NCBI RefSeq assembly: GCF_026571515.1
Contig: NW_026855905.1
Location: 1 to 64,000, forward strand
From: Ruditapes philippinarum
Taxonomy: Eukaryota
Length of the DNA stretch: 64,000 nucleotides
Direction of reading: 5' to 3'
Part shown: piece after piece, positions 11,390 to 24,479 of the stretch
Layout of the letters: the number at the start of each line of letters is the position of its first letter
Numbering within the stretch: position 1 is the stretch's first letter
Notes under the pieces: model-generated
Database searches by the model: none
Seen by the model: only the letters and a program-made list of their open reading frames with translations
What the model was told of the DNA's origin: nothing
Position numbers and translations under genes: made by a program

Positions 11390-14300
11390 AGCCTAAACCA
11401 CGCCCACCATCAGAGAGGCGGTTCTCACTCAACCGTTAAGAAAGTACAACAAACCGGTCACAACTCAAAATAGATTTACTCCACTCCGTGATATCAGAAC
11501 CGATGAACAGAATAACAAACTTTTAAGATCACCGCGTTCACCTCTGGAAGAAACCGAGTTAAAACGCCCACGTGATGAAACCGTCCCAAAGACTTTAACC
11601 GATTCTGTGGACGGGCCTCATATCGAACATTCCCAGCTACAATCAAACGAATACACAGCAGTGAATTTGATTGACGAGTTGCCCGAGGATCACGAACTGC
11701 ACGGGAATCTTACTGTAAACAGTCAATAGGACAGACAGGGAGAGTCTCCTACTTGTTTACCTGTATTGACATGTAGTGAAAATGTGTATTATTTGCCTGA
11801 TATTTCTTTTTTGTCATTAAATGTATGTGGTCTCTCGTCTAAACAAATCATACCTGAATTTACTAGTTTTATACAAAATTACGATATAATAGGTTTTCAA
11901 GAAACTAAAACTGATACAATAGATACAATAAATATTGATAATTTTGTGCTACATTTCAAACATAGAAAAAACATTTTAAGAAATAAATCAGGTGGAATAT
12001 GCTTAGCTATCAAGCGTGACTTAGAGCCATTTGTTACTTTACTAGAAAGTGAAAGCTCTCATGTATTATGGTTCGTTTTATCAAACAAACTGACGAAAGC
12101 TGGTAATATATTGTATGGTGTAGTTTATTTACCACCAGAAAATTCAATTTATTCTTGTGATGATCCTTTTGCTGACTTGCAATCTGAAATTGATATTTTT
12201 TCACACAGATATGATAAAATATGTTTATTTGGAGACTGGAATTCTCGTACTAAACAGTTACATGATTATATTTATCCGGATTATGAAGTTCTACATGAAA
12301 ATAATTTAGACGATTTATTTTATGAAATGCAAATGCAATTTAAAGATTTTTCTGATGGAAATGTTAAGCATCAAAGAAACAATGAAGATAAGCATGCAAA
12401 TAACTATGGCTATAAATTTTTAGATTTTTTGCAACGTAATAGTCTATATATCTTAAATGGTAGGACTATCGGTGATATGAGTGGTTGTACAACATGTAAA
12501 AATATAAGTACTGTTGACTATTTTGTTTGCACAACAAACTTATTTAAGTATGTACAATGTATGAGTGTAATGAACTATTGTCCATTATTGTCCGATGTGC
12601 ATAACCCTGTTAAACTGAATTTTAATTTTAAAAGTACGGAGTACAAAAAGGAGCAAAATACTATATGTGATGACTTTGTTAAATTGTGGGACAATGATAA
12701 ACGTGATTTGTTTGTCAACAATATTGATATGTCACAAGTTAACAAAGTTATACTTAGATGATTTGACTGTATTAGAAAATAGCAATGTTGTTAACCCTGA
12801 TAGTTGAGATGTTATTGTTAGAAATATTGCTAAGATATTTGAAGATAGCTTGTTACAGAGTTTTGGAGTACGTCAGAAAAGAATTAACAAACATACTGAA
12901 ACTAGACCTGCTAGTTGGTTTAATTTAGAGTGTAAAAAAGCTCGCCGTGATTTTCATAGAGCGAAATATATGTATAAATTAAGAAATACTGAATTAAACA
13001 AAAATGAATAACGTGTTAAAAGCAAAGTGTATAAGAAAACGATGAATAAAATTTTTATAAAGTTTAAGAGAAATAACATAGCAAAATTAAGAAATTTAGA
13101 TACAACAAAGCCGAAACAATACTGGTCAATTCTTAACGGAAAGAAAAATAGTAAAATTCATGCTGATTTGAATGACTTATATACTTAAATTAAAAATTTG
13201 AATTCAAGTCAAAACATTGAAAATGCCCCTGATATTAATGTTGATACAGACTTGTTCGATGAAGAAAATATTGAAATTAATATGCCAATTACGAGTGACG
13301 AAATTGAAAAAGCGGTAAAAACGCTGAAAAATAACAAATCATGTGGTGTTGATAAAGTAATAAATGAACACATAAAAAATTCTTTTTCAAGTATGAAAAC
13401 TGTATATGTTAAATTATTTAATGTTGTTTTCAATTCTGGTATTGTACCAAATGATTGGACAGTTGGAATTATTAACCCAATATATAAAAATAAAGGGGAT
13501 GTTAGTGACCCGTCAAATTATAGACCCATAACATTGTTAAGTTGTATGGGGAAACTTTTCACTGCAATTTTAAATATGCGTCTGCAAAAATATACTGAAA
13601 ATTATAATTTGATTAACGAATACCAAGCTGGATTCCGAAAAGGATTTTCTACACTTGATAATATGTTTGTACTAAATACTTTGATTAATCTATTAAAAAA
13701 AGTAAAAAGAAACTTTTTTGTGCCTTTGTTGACCTTAAAAGTGCATTTGATAGTGTGTGGCGTTCAGGACTTTGGTGTAAACTATATGCTGTTAATATAA
13801 ATGGTAAATTTTTGAATGTTGTTAAAAATATATATGAAAATGCAAAATCTTGTGTTAGGGCAAATGGGAACAAATCAATATATTTTTCATGCACTGCCGG
13901 TGTAAGACAAGGTGAAAATTTATCGCCTCTTTTATTTTCATTATTTCTAAATGATTTACATGCTTATTTTTCCAACAGTGGTCTAGTCGAAGGCGTTAAT
14001 TGCTATAATAATGATTTTGATGGGAATGTTATGTACTTTTTAAAACTTTTTATTTTATTGTATGCAAATGACACTGTTATTTTGTCAGAATCTGCTAAAG
14101 ATCTACAAGACGCTTTAAATGTCTACGCAGCGTATTGTGATAAATGAAAATTGGTTCTTAACACTTCAAAAACAAAAGTTATGGTTTTCGCAAGAGGTAG
14201 ACAAGTTCAACACAATTTCACTTATAATAATGAAAATATCGAAATTGTTAATGAATATAAATATCTTGGAATTATCTTTAGTAGGAGTGGATCTTTTTTA

Positions 14301-15467
14301 AATGCAAAAAAGCATATAGCCAAACAAGGAACAATAGCAATGTATAATTTGATAAAAAAAGGCTAAATCACTATACTTACCAATTGACATCCAAATAGAT
14401 TTGTTCAATAAAACTGTTAAACCAATTTTGCTCTATGGATGTGAAATTTGGGGTTATGGAAACATTGACATGATAGAAAGAGTTCAATTTAAGTTTTTAA
14501 AATATATTTTAGGATTAAAATCTTCTACCTCAAATACAATAGTGTATGGTAAAACAGGTGTAACACCACTCTCAGTAGATATAGAATCAAGATTAGTTTC
14601 TTTTTGGGCAGATATAGTTGTCCCAAGGACGTTTAAACTAACGCAAACAATGTATTATTTTGCTCTTTATAGTAGTATTTTTTTAAATACACAGCAAAGC
14701 AATAATTTTATGTGGATAACGTGTATTAGAGATATACTCGTCAAATGCGGCATGAACAATATTTGGGACACACATCTTTTTCCAAATCAAAAGTGGTTGA
14801 CCGCAACAGTTAAACAAAAGCTAATAGACCTGTTTCTTAACAGCTGGTATTCAAACTTAGAAACTTCTGGAAAGTGTAGAAATTACAAGTTATTTAAACA
14901 CAAATTCGAATTTGAAAAGTATATCACAAATACACATCCTAATTTACTTAGATATCTCATTAAATTTAGAACAAGAAACCATAGATTACCAGTAGAAACT
15001 GGATCTTGGCATGGGATAGAACTTAATATGAGAAAATGTACATTATGTAATTCCTCAGTTGGTGATGAAATTCACTACCTTCTAGAATGTAAATATTTTG
15101 ATCGTCAAAGAAAAAAATACTTAGGACCCAATTATTACATTAGACGAAACATTTATTCTTTTGATAAACTTATGAATATGAACAACCATAGTAATTTTGA
15201 ATATAAAAAAGTATGTATGTTTATTAGGGATATATTTGAAAAATTTATATAATGAAAATTAAATGCATATAACAGGTGTAAATTTATTACATGCACATGC
15301 TTTGTATTTTAAAAGTACCCAAGGTACTCTCCCTTTACATGTATTATATATGCTTATATTTTTTGTATGCATTCTATTGAGCCTCGAAACTTTGTTAATA
15401 TTTATTTACCTGATGTTGTCAATGTCTTGACCTGAGAGAAATAAAGATATTTGTATTTGTATTTGTA
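11390..15467 (+). mobile_element. Non-LTR retrotransposon (APE-RT LINE, RTEX/CR1-group-like), 5'-truncated and decayed
   Basis: ORF1 C-terminal remnant with TQNRFTPL ending at TAG near 11729; broken ORF2; AATAAA followed by a (TATTTG)n tail at about 15440-15467. The 5' boundary is approximate. Confidence 0.92.
11766..15252 (+). pseudogene. LINE ORF2 (AP endonuclease, reverse transcriptase, C-terminal Cys/His motif), disrupted
   Basis: APE motifs SLNVCGL, GFQETK, YLPP, GDWNSR, VDY, SDVH. RT motifs YRPITLLS, QAGFR, GVRQGENLSP, LLYAND (YADD mutated), YKYLG. C-terminal NHRLPVETG..CTLC..DEIH..C. Split into 5 ORFs by stops and frameshifts. Confidence 0.93.
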
Positions 15468-16825
15468 CGGCCTGTAAGGGGAGATCAATGCAGAACAGTT
15501 TGTCCTCAAAATCATTCGAACATTATGTAATTCGTAAAAATATTTAAATGGGTATATTCTCGGCACATATTGTCTTGAATTTATTTTTAGTACAATCATT
15601 TCAATTTTATTTGTTATCTAATTTATTTTGAATTTCAGACCTTGCATTATTTTGTGAATTTATGCATTAGGTTCTATTTGTTCACAAAATATGCAACTTT
15701 ATTATTAAACAACGAGCACATACCAAGAACATGGAGACAAGTTGATTTGTGCTTCGGATATTCAACTGTAATAGAGAACGATTTTTCAATGCTGATTAAC
15801 TGTTCACATCATTTGGAGGCGTCTTTGATGTGCAGCATCAGCAATAAACTTGTTCATCTCTCTGTGATACACTTATTTTAGAATCATGCGCATGACGTTG
15901 TCAGAACTGTCAACAAAACATCTGGAAAAAAGAACATGTTCAAACAAAAATAAGTGCGAAGAAGCTTATAGTGTACAAGGCACTGGTTGGTGCGCATTTT
16001 GACGTACAGGCAATGTAATTAGTTGAGTCAATTAAATAAACACAGACGCGGAAGTAGTGACTCCACTATGACACAGGTTACCGTAAATCAATGCTTTATG
16101 TCGGCAGGATCGACAAACTCAATATAAAAATAATTGTTGACGACATACGTTATTTACAGTTTACAACAATTTATTTTATGCTTTTGAGTAGATTACTGAA
16201 TTATCACTGATATTAAATTTGATAATTTCACAGTGAAAATTACCAAAATATAATTTCACAGTTTTCAATGAAAAAAATATTTTTTAAAGATTTTCCCCAT
16301 TTGGAACTTCAACTTCATTTTTACTTTTTGCTTCAGTTCACGTCATTCAATTTACCAATCACTAAATATCGTTTCTATTTTTCATTTCATTTTAAAAGTT
16401 TGTAAAATACACTTATTTACTCATGCAAAACTGCTCATGATGACATTTGGGCATTTTTAAGTATCATACGAGCAATAACTTTAATACAATTTGTAAAAGC
16501 AATGGCAGTTTCAACGGAACGACCCAGCGTTCGTGCGACAGCCTTTCAATGTTTTTTATGTTTTCTAAATTCATGGTGGCTTCTAGAATATTTACTCTGT
16601 CAACGATTATTTATCGTCTGTCACAACCCTCAGACACGTTGTCTTTTTATGAATGTATGTAGAATTAACAAAATCAAATAAAATCCCTCTTTTCTTTTTT
16701 TCCTCCAGTGATATACACAACTTTAAAATGGCGGTCACTGACATTTAAAGGACAGTCTTACATAAACTTCCGAGAAAAACAACAACAAAAAAACGGAAAT
16801 ATACGTGCCACAAAGGTGACCCTAT

Positions 16826-16886
16826 GTCGTGGCCACGAGTTACTAAGTCGTGGCCACGTGATAGCTAAGTCGTGGCCACGAGATAC
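16826..16886. repeat. Three tandem 21-22 bp units with palindromic core TCGTGGCCACGA; probable transposon remnant
   Basis: gtcgtggccacg at 16826, 16847 and 16869. Confidence 0.75.
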
Positions 16887-19800
16887 TAAAATTACTGACC
16901 AGTAATAAGTTGTATAAACCAGTGAATTATGCCACTGGTTAAAATGACGCTATCGAAACGATCATGATAATTATTTATTTCTCTAAGTTATGAAATACTA
17001 TCAAATAAAATTAAATAGTAAGTAATTCATGGAAATATGTATATGTCATAGTGAAATAAAAGGAACTTATTTACGTTTATCATAAAACAATAATACAATA
17101 ATATACATGTATATCTTTGTTTAACGTTGCACACTGGTGATTCATACCACAATAATATATTTCATAGGATAGGGAAAAAATCTTAATAGTTAAAGAAAGA
17201 GAGACCCTTTATTGAATAATGATTGTTTGTCAAATAAAGAGTATTATGTTGGAAAGAAACAAATAAAGTTATGACCTTTCTGTCAGGTCGGACGTTATCG
17301 CAACTTAAATATATTTGACGTTTAAAGCCAATTCCAAAAATGAATAGCGGAGGTTATTCACCAGTTGAGAATTAACAATTTTAATTGACATGAACAAAAG
17401 TCTATTTAAGTCTGTTAGCATAATTGATAAAATATGTATTCTTTTTGATCACTTTGATTGAAGTATGTTAAGTAACTTGAATAGTGAATCATCATTCCGT
17501 TGTTTTAAAGTGAAATAAAACTTATTTTTGCATAGCAAAGTTTAGCTTTATTGAGTAACTGTTAAAATTGGAAAATGTTTAATAGGATAAAAGATAAATT
17601 TACCTAAATATAAAAAGACTTTCCAACTCTTTTTATAAATTGAAAGTTACAATAAAATACCAAATATCCTTGGACAATATGAGTCATTTTATCGTTTAAG
17701 CTAGGTAAATTATAAAGATATTTTAAAGTTAAGTGGAATAATGGCAAAATGTAAACTTATTTTTAATTTCACCTGTCACTCAGTACATACCCTGTCATGA
17801 GCATAATGTCACTTTAATATTTGATAATGGAAAATATTATTGTATGACAAAAAGATAAAGTATGAAAGGATGTACTAGGATGGTGATCCCTTAATTGCTT
17901 CAATCAAGATTTTCTTTAATCATACAAAGTTTAAGAAAATATCTCTTAGCTAATTAAATTGTTTCTTCTTTTCTGAAACAACAAGTCCTTCTATGCGTTC
18001 ATTTAGAAGTCAATGTGACTACGCGTACATTAAAAGGTCCATACTTATTCGAAATATCTCATATATAAACGTGTAGGGTATGCAAACGATTATATCATTA
18101 CATAAAAAGCACAAACAAATTTTCTTTTGCCACAAAACATCGCATTTAATGTAAAACCATACGTTTTACATCGTGTTCATTTTACCATAATTATAATCAT
18201 CATTATAATATCCATAAAATGTGTGATAACTCGATCTAAGATATCAAAATTTAAGTGGTAAACGGTTATAAAGCAAAATATCTACACAAAATATAATGAA
18301 ATTTTAGATCATTCTGACATTTGGAATGCTTTTTCGTACTTATCCCACAACTACATTTGTATCACAGTATTAATTTGTTCTTGTTCCAATGACCTACATG
18401 TAATAAAATCAAGTCAGACATCATTATTTCTGGGATAAAACGAAACATAAGAATCTTATACAAGAAGATAATAACTATGTGTGAGTCACCATTTATCACG
18501 ATATATTACGACACTGTGATTAAAGAATGACAGAGATCGATTTTGATCTATATCAACTTTATATTTTTGGCTTTGATTTTTTTTCTATGTCCTAAAAAAT
18601 GCTTTGTTTGAGATTCGGTAAAATGTGTGTTTTGACCTGCTTTTGCTATAAATTGTTAGCTGAAACAACATCTTTGATTGCACAATTTATAAAATCTGTA
18701 AATTACATATGTTCATTATTTGTCTGTTCTTATTCTTATGAAGAAATTAATTACAGTTTTTTGTTCACTTTATAAGTTTTGCTATTCATTTTCTTATGCG
18801 TTTATAAAACTGTTTATAAACCATTGATTTGCATTAATCATACAATCTTTGGATAATCTTAAAGGGAGGTAATAAAATTATTAAAAAATAATCATATATT
18901 CTTTAATAATGAATTTAATGTTTATATAGTTTGTTTTAAAGGCATAAACAATAATGTGTTAGTGTTTGCTTTAACTTTCATCAATTTTATATCATTTAAA
19001 AACTTATATTACAATCATTAAAATCTCTTTATATAAGCAATATATATGCTACTGTAATATATCCTATAAAGTTTCATTATACTCTCTGTAGATGTGAAAC
19101 TTGTATCTACAGAGTACATTTTGTCGGCCTATTGAATTCGTGGGCTAAAATTGAAATTATCTACTAGTAACTATAAAATGAAAGTGTGTGTCAACATAGT
19201 ATTAAATTTTATTTAAATGTTAAATATTATGCTCCAAACTACCATTTAAATCTTAATTTCATTACAAAGCTAAATATTCCAGTGTTAACATTTAGTTGCT
19301 TCTTTTTTTTTTGGACTGAAATTAGTATATCAAGAACAAACGTTTTCAAAATGTTTTCACGCTATCTTTCTTGCTTAGGAAAAAAACACATGCCACTGAT
19401 TTAGACATAATACTTGTAGGATAATAATTTTTTTTTTTGTTCTCTTCTTTAAAAATAGTTTTTACTTGTAATGTATAGTTAACCAACAATAATTAAGGTC
19501 GGATTAAGTCAGGGACTCGTTGAAATAAAGGGGTCACTCAGCTTGACCCAGGCAGTCTCAACTGTAAATAACAATGCAATGTGCAAAATTGAAGATTGTA
19601 TATCTAAGAAAACTACATTACTTTATTTTCAACATTTCAAATAGCTGAAGTCCGATAACGTTACACTTATGAAAAACGACATTAAAATTGCAATAAGAAA
19701 GGTTTTTTTTCGAACTAGCATTTTCAATAAAATAGATATGAGTAGTTTATTCAAATTCTTAACAATTCTTCCTTTGTTATCTATTATTACAAGAAATACT

Positions 19801-20287
19801 GCTTAAAAAAATCTAATTAATTGAGATCACCGGGAAATGACGTAGATGTTATTTTAAACGTTAAGAATTCTTTTTCAACGTTGCAATAAAAAAGTGTCAT
19901 GAAAGTTGGGATGTTTTTTGATTCAGTCAAATAAATTACAAAATTATCAGCGTTGTTTGTGCCGTGTGGAGGCTGTAAAATATCGCCCCGTACATTCAGT
20001 AGTAAGAGATGTTATATTTCCGATCCTTAAAGATTGTTTAACACGACATTATTGTTGTGCTTGTGGTATTTTTAGTTTTAACTTTTCGGCATTTTCTAGT
20101 TGGGTGGTTCCAATATTCCTACTTGAATAATGTTGAATCACCCTTATATGTTGCCTGCTTTTTAACTTTGTCTTTTGACGACTTATCTGTGATATACAGG
20201 CTTTATAACCTCTAATCCCCTTTTAAAATTCCATTTTATTTTGTTGCGTTCATTGTTTTATCGTTTAGGCACGCTTTTTATTAATTG

Positions 20288-20375
20288 GGGACCATACGCG
20301 CTTTTCGTGGAATGGCACGAAGTGTCACATTGAAGGTTCCATGATAACCACCTTATGAACACATCTGCGGATATT
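20288..20375 (+). ncRNA. Motif B, structured element upstream of motif A1
   Basis: cauacg..ucguggaa-uggcac-gaa-guguca..uuccauga..acaucugcggau. Confidence 0.45.
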
Positions 20376-20400
20376 TATAAATTCAAAATTGTACCAGTTC

Positions 20401-20560
20401 ATGTTAATTCTGCTTAAGCCGGTGATAGGGGGCGTAAATGGTAGTTTTCACTATGAAAATGTTGCAGACTCGGTTTGATTGAGCCTGTTCATGGACGGTA
20501 GTGTCAAATACAAACAATCGTCGATGCCCCCTAGCACCAGCTTGGCAGAATTCAACATTT
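20401..20560. ncRNA. Convergent pair of motif A1 copies (partial + copy 20401-20452, full core - copy 20457-20560)
   Basis: aattctgcttaagccggtgatagggggcgt on + faces atgccccctagcaccagcttggcagaatt, which is the - copy. Confidence 0.55.
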
Positions 20561-21951
20561 AGTCATGGTGATCAAAGTCAAAATAACGAAACCATGTTGG
20601 TGAAAACTAGATTATCAAAACTCTATAATTTTTAAAGGAAGGAACATAATAATAAAAATTATCTTTCTATGATAGTTTGTGTTGAAGTAGTTGAAATTTC
20701 AGTAGTTTTTATGATGTTGTTTACATGCCTTTCTAAGTGATCAATTAGCTTTTATATTTGTCACTCTGTAAGGGTACTGAAAAGGTGCAATACAATATTC
20801 TTTATTAGACGACAGTGCCCAAAATACACCGAGCTTCAAACTAGATGTCCAATTTTGCCTTGATTTGTAAAAAGCGTAGGCAGGAAGTACAAATGTTTTC
20901 AATGTGATAAAAGTAATATATCACAAGTCTGGCTATACTTTACAAATTATTCATGTCAATGTGGTTTGTCCTTAAAGAAGGTTAAAATTGCCTTCGTGTA
21001 AGTTATTTCATCTCATGTTTAAATTGTGTCACCAATCCTGCGATAAGAGGCTCATTTTCCTGAAATCTGAGAATAATAAAGGCTCTACATTTTATTGATA
21101 ATATTTGTTTTGTCTTTAGAACGACTTTGATTATAGCTTTTTACTTTTCCGTGTAGGACTAAATAATGCCATTTATGTCTGAAAAAAAGGTATAATTACC
21201 AATCCTGTAATTTTTGCAGCCGCGGAATTAAAAAGAGATATAGATTATTTCTAAACAAATGTATAATATATAATGCGAAGAAGCGTATATAGTACAATGT
21301 ACACAGTTAATCAATGTTTGTTTTTGATTTACAATGACGTAATGCTAACTATTTGTTTCAGATAAAGTTTCTTTTTTGATACAAAAATATGTTTTGAATA
21401 CAGACGAAAATGTTTTGTTTATTTGTAAATGAAAGTATTGTTCATAATGATAAAATGTCATTGTAAAAAAATACTGATCTTCAATTGACAGATTCCAGCG
21501 TTCAGTATGATCTATATGTCCGTGCATGTAATGTTCATGCAAAATCAGAGATAAAAGCGGGCAGTGTTTTCTATAAACTTTTTTCTAACTATATGACAAA
21601 TGCCATCTTAAAACTCAACAGTTTTGATGAATAAGTCTATTGCCAGTCTTAGAGAAAATGCCCGGTTTGACTTCAAATGCGCAGTTATATAAACCTGTCG
21701 GCCATTTGGCCTGCAATTTTAATAATTAAAGATATACACTGCTCTCTTTGAAAAAAAACAAACAAAATAAACATGTTTTGACTTTACATATAGCAGATAT
21801 GTTATGTTAAAAATTGTACACACTACAGGTGGTCTCAATAGAAATATTAAGAAAAAAAACTTTACATAACCTCTGATCCCCTTTCAAAATTCCATTTTAT
21901 TAAGTTCCGCCCATTGTTTTCTCGTTTAGGGCACACGCTTTTTATTACTTT

Positions 21952-22041
21952 GGGACCATACGCCGCTTTTCATGGAATGGCACGGAAGTGTCACATTGAA
22001 GGTTCCATGATAACCGCCGTATGAACACATCTGCGGATGTT
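21952..22041 (+). ncRNA. Motif B, best preserved copy
   Basis: Stems CAUACG/CGUAUG and UCAUGGAA/UUCCAUGA; hairpin UGGCAC-GGAA-GUGUCA (GNRA loop); hairpin ACAUC-UGCG-GAUGU. Confidence 0.5.
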
Positions 22042-22072
22042 TCTAAATTCAAAATTTTACTATTTCACGTTT

Positions 22073-22212
22073 AAATGTTGAATTCTGCCTAAGCCGGTGC
22101 TAGGGGGCGTGGACGGTAACTTGCACTTTCCAGTACCGTCCATGAACAGGCTCAATCAAACCGAGCCTGCAACATTTTCAATTTTGCCGTGTTGGGCTTT
22201 CTTTAGGGATTC
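22073..22212 (+). ncRNA. Motif A1, best preserved copy
   Basis: Closing stem AAAUGUUG (22073-80)/CAACAUUU (22170-77); P2 UGGACGGUA/UACCGUCCA with UUGCAC loop; P3 CAGGCUC-AAUCAAACC-GAGCCUG; AAUUUUG at 22180-86; 3' hairpin region. Confidence 0.6.
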
Positions 22213-23546
22213 TGTATTTATCTATTTTATCACCTCTACTTGATCTGTACTCGGTAACGCAATTTTCCATTATTAGTTTATTTATTCAAGACATATTCAG
22301 TAAGAATTTCACAGATTTTTTAGATTTTTGTGATAAAAATATTCTACTCAAGGCTGAGCATAGTATATATATTAGCATTTGGATTTAGTTCTTGCATAAT
22401 ACTGTACTAAAACGAAAAAAGTATTGATCGTTCGTGTTATTAAGTTTTGTTTGATAACAGAAATACTACGAGTAGTATACAAAATTCTTTGTACTTTTAA
22501 TATTTGTAGATTTAATACATAGTAAACATTGTTTGCTTTTACGTGCCTATCATTTGTATAACTTTTGTACAAAATTGAAAGGAAATTTGGAAAAATGAAA
22601 CCTTATTTTGACTTTACCTGTTCACTCACTATATACCTTTGGATGGGCATAATGCCACTTTAACGTTTTTTCTTCATCCTTACTACTTGTGTATAATACA
22701 TTTAGAACAGTCGAATGTGAAAATCGGCAGCGAAAAAATATCTCCGTCAGAAAATGAGCGTTAGTGATATCCTTTTCTAAGGGGCACGTTATAATCAATA
22801 TTTAATCGTTCTGAGCGATGTATACACATGTATAACCTGCTATCCGACACCTATTTGTCGTTGAGATGCAAACAATGTATAAAGAAAATTTTAAATACCG
22901 TAGTGCACTTAACTACACTATCGACGTTTAAAACAACAAACACACATGAAAGGAATACGGTCAAGATTGCACAATTCAAATAATACCTTTAAACCAGAAT
23001 ATGTTTTATTCATAAAGACGTATGTTCTCACAACGCAAAAGTTGTAAAATTAAATATCGTACCATTAATCGTACTAAAGAAAGTTACTGTCCCTTGAATA
23101 AGTCTGTATATTGATTTAACTGAATTCTCAATGGGAACGAAAAACTACAAGTTTTAGAAAAAGGTTACAGTAGGACTTATAATTATTGAAGATTGGATAT
23201 TTTTCTATCAAATTATTAATGATTTATCACTGTTAACCTCGTGGTCCATCTCAAAGTGGTATGTCCAAATTTGATATACCCTTGAGAATGAAAGAATACG
23301 TTATATGCATACCAGTAACGATATTATCAAGTACCTCGACACAAAAGCTGACAGAAAATGTTTGATACCGAATCGTTATGATCGTGTAAGCCATTAGTAC
23401 AAATTAAATGCCTTCTCTTTGGGATTTTTATGAAGAAACTTCATCTTTTGACTGCCTTCTCTTAAATGAATTTGCTAACGATTATTCTTATGATCATTTA
23501 TCATTTATCATTTGTGAACACAATTAGATTATATTTCACACATTAG

Positions 23547-24479
23547 GAAATAAATATTAACCTTTCAAATATAAAAAAGGCATCAAATTCACCTGAATAT
23601 TTCAAAGAGAAGTTTCTAGCAATTAAGGAAGAACATGAAGATTTTATACATATTTATACGGACTGTTCAAAAGAAGGTTGCAAAGTAGGTGCGGCTGTGT
23701 TTGAAAATAATTTTACATCTAGTATGAGGTTACCAGATAATGCATCAATTTTTACTGCTGAAGCAAAAGCTATCGATTTAGCATTGTCATACATAGCACA
23801 GCATACCCACGATAACTTTGTGATATTTTCTGACTCGCTTTCTGTTTTAATATCCATTAAAAATAAAAAATCTGACAATATCATGGTAAAGAAACTTCTT
23901 TTGCGATTTCATGATATACTAAAAACAAAATATGTTAAATTATATTGGATTCCAAGCCATGTAGGAATACGAGGAAATGAAAAAGTAGATGCTTTAGCTA
24001 AACAATCATTAAATTTTAAAAAAACTGACTTATTGTTACCTGCTTGTGATTTTAGACCGGCTATAAATAAACTCGTATCATCTGAATGAAAGCAAATTGG
24101 GACAATGCCGTTTTTAATAAACTACACGATATAAACCCATCTCTTGATATGTCACCATCTCTATCTCTGTCAAACCGCCGTGATCAAACAGTTCTTCTTC
24201 GATGCCGAATTGGACACACTAAAATTACCCACTCTTATCTCCTCACAAATGACAATGCCCCTTTCTGTGTAGGTTGTAATGAAAATTTTACTGTCAAGCA
24301 TTTTCTTCTTGAATGTCATGATTTTTCACAGGCCCGTAATAGATTTTATTCTGTAAATTCACTCAAAGAACTTTTTAATACAATTCCATCAAAAAACATA
24401 ATTATTGATTATTTAAAAGAGATAAACTTGTATTCTAGGATCTAATTGGCTCATTTCTATTGTCATTTACAATGTTTTA
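23547..24479 (+). mobile_element. I-group (RNase H-containing) LINE 3' fragment
   Basis: RNase H motifs YTDCSK, SIFTAEAKAI, IFSDSLS, WIPSHVGIRGNEKVD, then RCRIGHT..CVGC..TVKHFLLEC; stop at 24087-89. Flanked by a 30-bp direct repeat; empty site in the inverted paralog near 63510-63545. Confidence 0.92.

Noticed and set aside
16826-16886. CRISPR-like palindromic repeats
   Set aside because: Only 3 units, with similar 7-10 bp linkers, in a eukaryotic context with no cas genes.
22091-22112. CTCF-like motif CTAGGGGGCG
   Set aside because: Lacks the conserved upstream CC of the CTCF core (reads GGTGCTAG), and a DNA-binding site would not explain the compensatory stem changes.
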